32,000 nt of DNA from Geobacter metallireducens GS-15 (GTDB lineage: Bacteria; Desulfobacterota; Desulfuromonadia; Geobacterales; Geobacteraceae). Position 1 is the first letter of the stretch, and every line of letters begins with the position of its first letter. Positions 24,417 through 32,000 of this stretch are shown piece after piece. Location: NCBI RefSeq assembly GCF_000012925.1, contig NC_007517.1, positions 1,860,001 through 1,892,000 on the forward strand, in the 5' to 3' direction. A program made the translations under genes and the position numbers. The notes beneath the pieces are model-generated. The model did no database searches. It was not told the origin of the DNA and saw only the letters and a program-made list of their open reading frames with translations.

Positions 24417-25963
24417 CCCGTACGAGGCTCTTGCAACAGCTTGAAGAGGAGAAGTGCTGGGATCTCCTCGTTATCGGCGGGGGCGCCACCGGGCTCGGCG
24501 TGGCCGTTGAGGGGGCGAGCCGGGGCTACCGGACGCTCCTCCTGGAGCGTGACGACTTCGGCAGCGGCACCTCCAGCCGGAGCACCAAGCTCATCCACGG
24601 CGGGGTCCGGTACCTGCAGCAGGGGAATCTCTCCCTGGTACTGGAGGCCCTCCACGAGCGGGGAATCCTGATCCGCAACGCCCCGCACCTGGTGCATAAC
24701 CTCTCCTTCGTGGTCCCGCTCTATGACTGGTGGGAAGGTCCCTTCTACGGCATCGGACTGAAGCTCTACGACATGTTGGCGGGAAAGCTGGGACTCGGCC
24801 CGTCGCAGATACTCTCCCGGGAGGAGACCCTGCGCCGCATCCCCACCGTGGAGCCGGCAGGGTTGCGGGGCGGGGTGATCTACCACGACGGCCAGTTCGA
24901 CGATGCCCGGCTTGCCGTGGCCCTGGCCCGCACCTGCGCGGACCTGGGGGGAGTTCCCCTGAACCGCATGGAGGTGGCAGGCCTCCTCAAGGGGGATGGC
25001 CTGGTCCGCGGCGTAGCGGCCCGGGACCGGGAGAGCGGCCGCGAATACGAGATCGAGGCGCGGGTGGTGGTGAATGCCACCGGGCCCTCCTGCGACGCCA
25101 TCCGCCAGCTGGACGACCCCGGCGCGCAGCCGGTCATTGCTCCGAGCCAGGGGGTGCATCTGGTCCTGCCCCGGGAATTCCTCCCCGGCGACAGCGCCAT
25201 CATGGTCCCCCACACCGACGACGGGAGGGTGCTCTTCGCCGTCCCCTGGCACGAACGGGTGATCGTCGGCACCACCGACACGCCGGTGGAGCGGGTCACG
25301 GCCGAACCCCGTCCCCTGGCGGCTGAAGTGGGGTTCCTCCTGGAACATGCGGCCCGGTATCTCTCCCGGGATCCCGCCACGTCCGACATCCTCAGTGTCT
25401 TCGCCGGGCTCCGCCCCCTGGTGCGGGGTGAAGCAGTCAATACAGCGGCCCTTTCCCGTGATCACACCATTATGGTTTCGACCGCCGGTCTGGTCACCAT
25501 CACCGGCGGCAAGTGGACCACCTACCGCAGGATGGCCGAGGATACGGTAAACAGCGCTGTCAGGATGGCGGGGCTGGCAGAGAGACCGTCGCGCACGGCC
25601 GACCTCCCCATCCACGGGTGGCTGGCCAAGGGGGGTGTTGACGGGGAGTGGGCGATGTATGGCGCCGAAGCCGCTGCCCTGGAAGAGCTGTGCGCCGTGC
25701 AACCGGCCCTGCGCCGGCAACTCCATCCCCGGCTCCCGTACCGGCTGGCCGAGGTGGTCTGGGGGGTGCGGTACGAATGGGCGCGGAGTGTTGAGGATGT
25801 GTTGAGCCGCCGTACCCGGGCACTCATTCTCGATGCCCGTGCCGCCATGGAGGCGGCCCCGGAGGTTGCCGCCCTGATGGCGACGGAACTGGGGCGCGAT
25901 GAGGCCTGGCAGGCGGCAGAGGTTGCGGCTTTTCGCGCCCTGGCTGAGGGGTATCTGCCTTAG
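24413..25963 (+). CDS. glpD: FAD-dependent glycerol-3-phosphate dehydrogenase
   Basis: [52 protein letters not shown] is the GlpD N-terminal FAD fold. The start ATG overlaps the glpK stop (ATGA). Confidence 0.92.
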
Positions 25964-25999
25964 TTCATGGTTGCTTCATGAAAGTCGTATTCTGTTCAG

Positions 26000-26803
26000 T
26001 CAAGGGGAGTTGGTTGGAGGGAGGGCGATACGTTTAGTCCGAAGCTTCAACGCCCCTTCGGCGTCCACGGATTCTTCCCTGCATTCGATGGCTTGGGAGC
26101 CGGCCCATTTGGGGTCGCGGCAGCGCCGGATTTCCGCGAGCTTTTCCCCTGATCTGCCGAACACGACCACATCATGGAGGAGGTGATTGCCCGCCTCCTG
26201 CCGTGCGCAGTGAAATGCGATACGCCCCTGTTGCGTGGCCATGGGGCCGGGACTGGGGCAGTTTTCTTCCAGTACCAGTCGTTTGCCGGACGGTTCCGCC
26301 AGCATCACGCTCTCCCGCCTTCCTTCGAGGGGACCATCGGCTGCTGGAGCAAAGGAGCGCACGATGACGATGCTGCGCCCGTCGGGAAGGGGGCGGGCGG
26401 TGGAGATCCGATCCTTCTCCTCCCAATTGACCGCCGTTTCCGGGACATTCGCGACGGACGGGTCCACTGCGGTCACCCGCAGGGCCAGGAGTGTACCCGG
26501 TCGTGCGTCGCAGCGCTTTACGTACGCATCCTTTGCGGTGGCCCGCACGCGGGAAAGAGCGGCACGCGCTGCTCCGGGAGAGGCCGCAATCTCGGGCACC
26601 CAGGCAAAGATGCTCCTCTTGTCGCCACAATCACCGGTCCGGACAACGAGGGCGTTGGGGGCAGTGGGGACCAATGACTTGGCCTTTCGCGCTATCCCCG
26701 TGGCGGTGCGGTCGCTGGCGCCGACCACGAGCCAGAGCCGCTCTCCCCAAGCCGGCAGTGTTGAGCCAACGATCATGGCTGCAACAAGGGCTGCCTTGAT
26801 CAC
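26000..26803 (-). CDS. Secreted hypothetical protein (267 aa), coupled to the M15 peptidase gene
   Basis: The GTG start overlaps the upstream stop (GTGA). It has a signal peptide (MIKAALVAAMIVGSTLPAWG). The N-terminal ~90 aa have a loosely SPOR-like beta-alpha-beta pattern. I recognise no family with confidence. Confidence 0.65.
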   Translation of the reverse strand: MIKAALVAAMIVGSTLPAWGERLWLVVGASDRTATGIARKAKSLVPTAPNALVVRTGDCGDKRSIFAWVPEIAASPGAARAALSRVRATAKDAYVKRCDARPGTLLALRVTAVDPSVANVPETAVNWEEKDRISTARPLPDGRSIVIVRSFAPAADGPLEGRRESVMLAEPSGKRLVLEENCPSPGPMATQQGRIAFHCARQEAGNHLLHDVVVFGRSGEKLAEIRRCRDPKWAGSQAIECREESVDAEGALKLRTKRIALPPTNSP

Positions 26804-27498
26804 AGGCCGCTCTCCCGTTTGACCCGGCCAAGTTCATCATTAGGCACCAGCTGTACGTGGGCCCAGTCGCGGAAATTCACCCAGTCCCCTCCCCAGACGA
26901 GGCCCAGTTCCTTGGCCTCCTCGCCAAGGGCTTTCCAGAATCCCGTCTGTTCCGCCTCCGGAGCCCAGCCGAAGCGGCTGTCCACAATATCTGCCGCATA
27001 GGCGTTGGGGATTCCGTCGGGATGCTGGGCGTTGTGGAAGCTGAACTTCACCTTGCTGTTCCCCTGATAGTAGAGCTGCATCTGGACCGCCACCGAGCGC
27101 CAGCCATAAAAAACCTTCGGCTGGAAGCCGCGTCCGGCGAGCGCCTGCAGAACCGCTGCAACCTTCTGGCGCAGTTCCGGATGCATGCTCTGGAGTTTCT
27201 TCTCTTGGGACCATCGGGCGCTGTCGCCGCACCACGGGGAAAGATCGGCAGTGGCTGCGCCACCCGTGCCCGCAAGTTTGAGCCAGGTCTTGCGCCCCGG
27301 TTCTATGAGCCCGTCGGGGTTCGTCATGAACGTGGCCTGGAAGCTGCGTATCGCCGCGATGGTGTCCTTGCCGCAAACGCCATCAATCCCCTTTGGGTCA
27401 AAGCCCTTGGACTTCAGGAGGCTTTGGACTGTTTCCACATCATTTTCGATATTTTTCCCCAAATATCCGACTGAAGCCTGGAGTACACTCATTAACAT
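26800..27498 (-). CDS. Peptidoglycan-binding domain + M15-family (VanY/endolysin-like) zinc peptidase, no signal peptide
   Basis: The N-terminal PG_binding_1 pattern is VETVQSLLKSKGFDPKGIDGVCGKDTIAAIRSFQ. The C-terminal M15 metal ligands lie in FSFHN...AADIV...GGDWVNFRDWAHVQL. The start is likely the ATG at 27492 (GAGGAG RBS 8 nt upstream) rather than 27498. Confidence 0.85.
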   Translation of the reverse strand: MLMSVLQASVGYLGKNIENDVETVQSLLKSKGFDPKGIDGVCGKDTIAAIRSFQATFMTNPDGLIEPGRKTWLKLAGTGGAATADLSPWCGDSARWSQEKKLQSMHPELRQKVAAVLQALAGRGFQPKVFYGWRSVAVQMQLYYQGNSKVKFSFHNAQHPDGIPNAYAADIVDSRFGWAPEAEQTGFWKALGEEAKELGLVWGGDWVNFRDWAHVQLVPNDELGRVKRESGL

Positions 27499-27612
27499 AT
27501 CTCCTCTGGTTGTGGTGGTCGGGAATCACGGGTGGGGCCCGCCATTCAATTAAATCACCAGAACGATTCCCGTCAATCGACTGCGTTCCTCCTTCCGGCG
27601 GCGTAGCGGCGC

Positions 27613-27641
27613 AAAAAAAGGCCAGTCCTTGCGGGCTGGCC
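27613..27641 (-). terminator. Rho-independent terminator of the small secreted-protein gene
   Basis: The minus-strand RNA reads GGCCAGCCC-GCAA-GGACUGGCC followed by U7: a 9-bp stem (one G-U pair), a GNRA tetraloop and a U-tract. It lies 26 nt after the stop at 27667. Confidence 0.7.
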
Positions 27642-27666
27642 TTCATGGTGCTGAGGAGGTGAGGCA

Positions 27667-27966
27667 CTACTTTTTCTTTTCAACCTTCTTTTCTGCCTTC
27701 TTCTCTGCTTTCTTCTCGCCCTTTGCCTCGATGCTGGCGGCCTTCATGGTGTACTGGACCGTAACCTTGGAGCCGACCTTCAGGTCGCCGGTCACCTTGG
27801 TGTCCTTGTCCTTGGCGATTTCCCACTTCTCTTTCCCCTTCTGGACAACGATCATGTCGTCCTTCACTTCGAGGACGGGACCGGTTGCCTGGTAGGTCTT
27901 GGTGGCGCCAAAGGCAAGAGACGAGGAGAGCATCAGGGCGGCGGTGAGCAGTGCGGTACGTTTCAT
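27667..27966 (-). CDS. Small secreted protein with Lys-rich C-terminal tail
   Basis: A signal peptide (MKRTALLTAALMLSSSLAFGA) is followed by a beta-rich core (YQATGPVLEVKDDMIVVQKGKEKWEI...VTGDLKVGSKVTVQY) and the tail EKKAEKKAEKKVEKKK. A strong AAGGAGGA RBS is present. Confidence 0.75.
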   Translation of the reverse strand: MKRTALLTAALMLSSSLAFGATKTYQATGPVLEVKDDMIVVQKGKEKWEIAKDKDTKVTGDLKVGSKVTVQYTMKAASIEAKGEKKAEKKAEKKVEKKK

Positions 27967-28011
27967 GGGGTTCCTCCTTGGTGATGTGGGAATATAAATT
28001 TATGGTTTGTA

Positions 28012-28039
28012 ACAATACTCAATAGAACGCTGTTGTCAA
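28012..28039 (-). promoter_or_regulatory. Candidate sigma70 promoter (TTGACA-N16-TATTGT, minus strand) for the small secreted-protein gene
   Basis: TTGACA is the complement of 28034-28039 and overlaps the M23 gene's stop. TATTGT is the complement of 28012-28017. Motif match only. Confidence 0.35.
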
Positions 28040-28761
28040 TGGGAAGTTTTCACTATGCCGCGCCCGGCTCCGACGAGTTCCCGGTAGGGGTTGATGGGAA
28101 GCATCCTCCCATCGGCGTACGAGAGGACCATGAAATGGAGGTGGGTGGGAGACCGGCGCGGGTAGGCGTTTTTCCCGGTCCTCCCCAAAAAACCGATGGG
28201 CTCGCCCGCGGTAACGGTCTGCCCCGGCATTACCGTCACGGACGAAAGGTGGGCATAGTAGTAATAGCGTTCCTCGGCGGTGTTGAAGATCCAGACGTAC
28301 TTCCCGCCCCGTACGGGACTGGGATAATCCCAGGAGGGATTCGTGGCGATGACGACCCCGTTAGCGGACGCCACGATGGTGACCGGCTTGCCGGTGGCGT
28401 CATCGAGGGAATCCTGGTTCCGGTCATGCACGAAGATGTCGTGGGCCGGATGGCCGCCGTGCCGGACTCCCTGATAAAAGGAGTACCCGCCGGGTCGGTA
28501 GTCGTTGCCGTGCCGCCCTCCGATGGCGCGGTAATCATAGTCCGCCACCGGGAAGACCTTTGCCGAATTGGCTGCAGTGGTGCCGTAGGTATCGAGGAGG
28601 AGCCGGTGGAGTTGAGCGATGCGGGTTTTGGCGGAAATCCGGTCGATCCGGCCGTCGCGGATTTCCTTCTCCAGGATGTTCCAGTCGTCACAGGGGCTTG
28701 CCGCGGCAACCCCGTTAAGAGCCAGAAACGCCGCGACCGCCAGGAGGATAATCTGTTTCAT
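28036..28761 (-). CDS. M23-family metallopeptidase (LytM/lysostaphin-like), secreted
   Basis: It has a signal peptide (MKQIILLAVAAFLALNGVAAA), an HxxxD motif (GHPAHDIF) and an HxH motif (THLHF), plus GEPIGFLGRTG, which is typical of M23. Confidence 0.88.
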   Translation of the reverse strand: MKQIILLAVAAFLALNGVAAASPCDDWNILEKEIRDGRIDRISAKTRIAQLHRLLLDTYGTTAANSAKVFPVADYDYRAIGGRHGNDYRPGGYSFYQGVRHGGHPAHDIFVHDRNQDSLDDATGKPVTIVASANGVVIATNPSWDYPSPVRGGKYVWIFNTAEERYYYYAHLSSVTVMPGQTVTAGEPIGFLGRTGKNAYPRRSPTHLHFMVLSYADGRMLPINPYRELVGAGRGIVKTSH

Positions 28762-28873
28762 CGTTTCATCTCCCGATCAGATATAGATATTGATAATGGA
28801 ATGTGCCAAGACTGGACTTTGCCAGCGTATGCATTTGCCCCAAATCAGAAATCCAGCGGACTTTTCGGCTCCT

Positions 28874-28984
28874 TTACCGTTCTGACCGGATGCTCCACTC
28901 GACACTCACCGTATGGAGGTCGGAGTGGCAGACCCGCAGTTCCTCCAGAGCCAGGGAATGGTTTTCGCACCTCTTTTCCCGCAT
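28874..28984 (-). pseudogene. Possible remnant of the 5' end of a zinc-dependent alcohol dehydrogenase gene
   Basis: The minus-strand frame reads MREKRCENHSLALEEL-RVCHSDLHTVSVEW then stops. LALEEL and (G)VCHSDLH..GEW are hallmark N-terminal Zn-ADH segments, but the ~20 residues normally between them and the rest of the gene are missing. Confidence 0.3.
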
Positions 28985-29033
28985 GCAGTGAGGCACGATA
29001 CGATTCGGGTGGCAACTGAAGGCACTCGATGCT

Positions 29034-30278
29034 TTATGGCGCCGGCGCACGCCGGGCCGACGATGCTCGGGCAACCCCGACAATGGCACACCAGCCCAGC
29101 ACCCCGCAGAGAGCCATGGTAGCGGTCATCGGTACCGCCGTCCCGTTGTGGAACATCCCCACGAGCGCACCCGCGGTTGCCCCGAGGGTGTACTGGATCG
29201 TCCCCAGAAGCGCCGACGCGCTCCCTGCCGCCTTGTCGAAGGGGGCCATGGCGAGGGCGGTCACGTTGGGATAGAGGAACCCGGACGTACAGAGGCAAAC
29301 GAACAGGAGTGCGACCTGGACAGGAAAACCACCGATCCCCGTGAACCCTGCAACCGCGAGAAGAAGGGCTCCCACCGCATTGACGGTGGCTGCGGTGCCC
29401 AGGATACGTTGGGCGCTGAAGCGGCGAAGAAGGCGGCGGTTGACCTGGGAGGCGCCGATCAGTCCGCAGGCGTTGGCGCCGAAGAAAAGGCCGAAGTGCT
29501 GGGGGGTGACGCCGTGCAATTCGATGAAGACGAATGGTGCACCCGAGATGTAGGAAAAATTGACCCCGGCGACGCAGCCAAGGGCGATGGCGTAGCGGAG
29601 ATAACGGTTGTTGCGGAGAAGGTGAGCATAAATGGTACCCATCTCGACAACGCCGCGCCGGCTGCGACGCTCCGCCGGCAGGGATTCGGGAAGGAACATT
29701 GCCGCCGCGGCGAGGGAAAGGAGACCGAAGATTGCCAGAAAGCCGAAAATGCCGCGCCATCCGGTGATCAGCAGGAGCTGTCCTCCCACGATAGGAGCCA
29801 GTATTGGCGCCGCGCCCATGACCAGCATGAGGAGCGAAAACATCCTCGCCGCTTCGGCGGTATCGTAGAGGTCGCGTACCACAGCGCGCGAGATCACCAT
29901 GCCGGCTCCCCCTCCGACCGCCATTACCACGCGCCAGAAGAGGAGACCCTCACCCGTGTGGACGAAGGCACATCCGAACGCTGCCGCGACGTAGAGCGTC
30001 AGTCCCAGGAGGAGGGGCGTTCGCCTTCCCCACCGGTCGGCCATCGGGCCGTAAAACAGCTGCCCGGCGGCCGAACCGAAGAGGAAGGCGGAGATGGAGA
30101 GCTGCACCATACCGAGCGGCGCGGCGAGATCCCGGGCGATCTGCGGGAAGGCGGGGAGGTACATGTCGATGGACATGGAACTGAAGGCAGTCAGCGCCCC
30201 GAGGATCAGGACCAGCCGTGCCAGTTGGCGTCGGGTCATGTCTGCTGGTTGGATAGCCGGCGCAGCGGTCATTTCCAT
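29034..30278 (-). CDS. MFS multidrug transporter, Bcr/CflA subfamily
   Basis: LILGALTAFSSMSIDMYLPAFPQIARDL...GPMADRWGRR are the Bcr/CflA signature segments, with 12 hydrophobic spans. I prefer ATG 30278 (MEMTAAP..., GAGAAAGGA RBS) to the track's TTG 30302. Confidence 0.9.
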   Translation of the reverse strand: MEMTAAPAIQPADMTRRQLARLVLILGALTAFSSMSIDMYLPAFPQIARDLAAPLGMVQLSISAFLFGSAAGQLFYGPMADRWGRRTPLLLGLTLYVAAAFGCAFVHTGEGLLFWRVVMAVGGGAGMVISRAVVRDLYDTAEAARMFSLLMLVMGAAPILAPIVGGQLLLITGWRGIFGFLAIFGLLSLAAAAMFLPESLPAERRSRRGVVEMGTIYAHLLRNNRYLRYAIALGCVAGVNFSYISGAPFVFIELHGVTPQHFGLFFGANACGLIGASQVNRRLLRRFSAQRILGTAATVNAVGALLLAVAGFTGIGGFPVQVALLFVCLCTSGFLYPNVTALAMAPFDKAAGSASALLGTIQYTLGATAGALVGMFHNGTAVPMTATMALCGVLGWCAIVGVARASSARRAPAP

Positions 30279-30398
30279 TATAAATCCTTTCTCCAAGCTC
30301 AAAACAGTTTCCTAGTTGATCATGGCGTGAGTATGAAGGGGTGTTTCGATGCGTTGGTAGCTTTATTCATTAGATGAAGATACCAATGGATTAAATAT

Positions 30399-30407
30399 AA
30401 ATAAAAT
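30399..30407. repeat. Left copy of the 9-bp target-site duplication AAATAAAAT
   Basis: It is identical to 31722-31730 and immediately abuts the IS terminal inverted repeat. Confidence 0.75.
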
Positions 30408-30420
30408 TACTACTGTCCGG
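30408..30420. repeat. IS left terminal inverted repeat
   Basis: TACTACTGTCCGG; the reverse complement of the right end is CACTACTGTCCGG. Confidence 0.8.
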
Positions 30421-30538
30421 TAAACTTTGATTGTACAGCTGTAACTTGTTGAACTTTATTGCTCTTTGGCACAATTGTTCTTTTTTCGACATGAATTCGT
30501 TCTGGGTGTAGCCTTCCTCCCTTTACAGGAGGGGAGCA

Positions 30539-31708
30539 ATGCACACCGGTCCGACCGTTTTCAAACAACTTCTGCAGTTTCTGCCCCGGTACGAATTCAA
30601 TCTCTGCGTTCGCCGACACCGTGGCGAGTATCGGGAGAAGAAGTTCTCGACCTATGACCAGTTCCTCTGCCTGGCTTATGCCCAGATGGCTGGCCGTGAG
30701 AGCTTGCGGGATATCGAGACCTGCCTGAACTCCCACCAGGAGAAGCTGTACCACATCGGCTTTCGTGGTGATGTCTCCCGCACGACCCTTGCCGACGCGA
30801 ACGAGCGCAGGGACTGGCGTATCTTCCAAGACTTCGGTCATGTACTGATCGGCATAGCTCAGCAGCTGTACCAGGCTGATGCCATCGCCGTTGAGCTTAC
30901 GCAACCGCTCTACGCCTTTGACTCGACCACTATCGACCTGTGCCTTACGCTGTTCCCATGGGCCGAGTTCCGCAAAACCAAGGCGGCGGTCAAGATGCAT
31001 ACGCTCATTGATCTGCGTGGTCCCATTCCAACCTGGGTCACTATTACCACTGGCAAGGTCCACGATGTCAGGATGCTGGACCATCTGCCGGTTGCAAAGG
31101 ATGCCATTTACACGATGGACAGAGGGTATGTCGATTTTGCCCGGCTCCACTCCATCCACAAGCAGGGAGCATTCTTCGTAGTTCGGGCAAAGGACAACCT
31201 GAAATGCCAGCGGTTATATTCCCATCCGAAGGACAAGGAATCAGGTGTACGGGCAGACCAGATTATCACCCTGGTGACGCAGAAGTCGAAAAAGGGGTAT
31301 CCGGAGAAACTGCGCCGGGTCAGCTATGTTGACAAAGAACGGAACAAGCGACTCGTATTTCTCACGAACAACTTCGAGATTCCGGCAGCGACGGTGGCTG
31401 CGATTTACAAGCAGCGCTGGCAGGTGGAGCTGTTTTTCAAATGGATCAAACAGCACCTGCGGATCAAGTCGTTCATCGGAACGTCAGTCAATGCCGTGAA
31501 GAGCCAGATATGGGTTGCCTTGTGCATCTATCTGCTGGTGGCGATCACGAAAAAGAAGTTGGGGGTTCCGTGTTCGCTCTACACTTTTCTACAGATTCTG
31601 GAGGTCAACTTGTTCGAGAAAAAGCCCATTTCATCGCTGGTTGCGGAGGCTCTCAAGCGAAATGCTGATTATCCTGAGCGCAACCAACTGAACTTATTCA
31701 ACTATTAA
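30539..31708 (+). CDS. IS4-family DDE transposase (N-terminal DUF4372-like region + DDE_Tnp_1)
   Basis: The catalytic triad context is AFDSTTIDL (D), IYTMDRGYVDF (D) and YKQRWQVELFFKWIKQ (E, in a Y-R-E-K signature). An AGGAGGGGAG RBS is present. The stop lies directly before the right IR. Confidence 0.92.
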   Translation: MHTGPTVFKQLLQFLPRYEFNLCVRRHRGEYREKKFSTYDQFLCLAYAQMAGRESLRDIETCLNSHQEKLYHIGFRGDVSRTTLADANERRDWRIFQDFGHVLIGIAQQLYQADAIAVELTQPLYAFDSTTIDLCLTLFPWAEFRKTKAAVKMHTLIDLRGPIPTWVTITTGKVHDVRMLDHLPVAKDAIYTMDRGYVDFARLHSIHKQGAFFVVRAKDNLKCQRLYSHPKDKESGVRADQIITLVTQKSKKGYPEKLRRVSYVDKERNKRLVFLTNNFEIPAATVAAIYKQRWQVELFFKWIKQHLRIKSFIGTSVNAVKSQIWVALCIYLLVAITKKKLGVPCSLYTFLQILEVNLFEKKPISSLVAEALKRNADYPERNQLNLFNY

Positions 31709-31721
31709 CCGGACAGTAGTG
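31709..31721. repeat. IS right terminal inverted repeat
   Basis: CCGGACAGTAGTG, the reverse complement of the left IR except for the outermost base. Confidence 0.8.
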
Positions 31722-31730
31722 AAATAAAAT
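31722..31730. repeat. Right copy of the 9-bp target-site duplication AAATAAAAT
   Basis: It is identical to 30399-30407. Confidence 0.75.
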
Positions 31731-31763
31731 ATATAATATTTATGTTCGCCATAATTAGTTTTT

Positions 31764-32000
31764 ATGGAAAGGGTTCATGTGGATATCCGCCAGTTGCAAT
31801 TTTTTGCCGAGATCGTCAGATACGGCAGCTTCACCAAGGCTGCGGAACGGTTGCACGTAGCCCAGCCGGCAGTGAGCATGGCTATGAAGAAGTTGGAAGA
31901 GGAACTTGACCTCATACTCTTCAACCGTCAGGAGAGGAGAATTTCCCTGACCGCCGAGGGAGAGATCTTTCTGCGGCATGCGGAGAAGATACTGGATGAG
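31764..32000 (+). CDS. LysR-family transcriptional regulator (N-terminal HTH part; continues off the right edge)
   Basis: It is not in the ORF track. My translation from ATG 31764 reads MERVHVDIRQLQFFAEIVRYGSFTKAAERLHVAQPAVSMAMKKLEEELDLILFNRQERRISLTAEGEIFLRHAEKILDE, the canonical LysR HTH. It is open to nt 32000. Confidence 0.85.
   Translation, partial: MERVHVDIRQLQFFAEIVRYGSFTKAAERLHVAQPAVSMAMKKLEEELDLILFNRQERRISLTAEGEIFLRHAEKILDE

Larger units (their letters stand above)
30408..31721 (+). mobile_element. Intact IS4-family insertion sequence (1314 bp)
   Basis: The terminal inverted repeats are TACTACTGTCCGG (30408-30420) and the complement of CCGGACAGTAGTG (31709-31721), matching at 12 of 13 positions. 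It has a single 389-aa DDE transposase ORF and is flanked by a perfect 9-bp direct repeat. Confidence 0.85.

Noticed and set aside
22908-25726. Two very long minus-strand ORFs (465 aa at 22908..24305 and 479 aa at 24287..25726) antisense to glpK and glpD
   Set aside because: Their translations are Arg/Gly/Pro/Ala-rich with no recognisable motifs. The sense-strand products are textbook GlpK and GlpD. Stop-free antisense frames are expected with very high third-position GC.
28033-30377. ORFs of 328 aa (28033..29019, +), 284 aa (28906..29760, -) and 409 aa (29148..30377, +) overlapping the M23 peptidase and Bcr-type MFS genes
   Set aside because: These are alternative-frame or antisense products with Arg/Gly/Pro-rich composition. 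The annotated frames carry clear M23 and MFS signatures.
30410-31159. 249-aa minus-strand ORF inside the IS element
   Set aside because: It is antisense to an intact DDE transposase and shows no independent family signal. It is most likely a frame artefact.
1-32000. Searched by eye for CRISPR repeats, tRNA/rRNA genes, reverse transcriptase/retron or DGR signatures and integrase genes
   Set aside because: I found none. The only repeats seen are the IS termini and target duplication, the codon-level Gly/Pro/AEKK tracts and the phased heptamers. A covariance-model or tRNAscan run would be needed to fully exclude small RNAs.

Overview
This 32-kb chromosomal segment carries about 33 protein genes. 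I saw no rRNA, tRNA or CRISPR array. The protein families suggest a Geobacter/Desulfuromonadales-type deltaproteobacterium, but that is unverified inference.

Gene order, left to right:
- Minus-strand operon: RHH protein, CoA-binding protein, and a MutY-like glycosylase. The glycosylase is cut by the left edge and is absent from the ORF track.
- queD-queE-creatininase-family operon.
- Xre(DUF2384)/RES toxin-antitoxin pair.
- ABM monooxygenase plus an MFS transporter.
- A 12-kb co-directional minus-strand block: REC-histidine kinase, TonB-dependent receptor, YfiR-like protein, CHASE8/HAMP histidine kinase, then an OMF-MFP-RND efflux operon.
- A class A PBP.
- Minus-strand operon: DUF2844-like, DUF3443-like lipoprotein, small protein, PaaI thioesterase.
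- A very GC-rich glpK-glpD pair.
- A cell-wall hydrolase neighbourhood: signal-less PG-binding M15 peptidase coupled to a secreted unknown, a small Lys-tailed secreted protein, and an M23 peptidase.
- A Bcr/CflA-type MFS gene separated from its divergent LysR regulator by an intact IS4-family element with 9-bp target duplications.

Composition is visibly mosaic. Apart from the known-type RES/Xre module, I found no canonical defence island.

The best candidate for unexplored biology is the DUF2844/DUF3443 pair. The lipoprotein shows a full bilobed pepsin-like aspartic-protease motif set behind a poly-Gly tether. Secondary candidates are the TBDR-YfiR-CHASE8 kinase module upstream of the efflux operon and the signal-less M15 peptidase with its coupled secreted partner. 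All functional interpretations are hypotheses that need HMM, structure or experimental checks.
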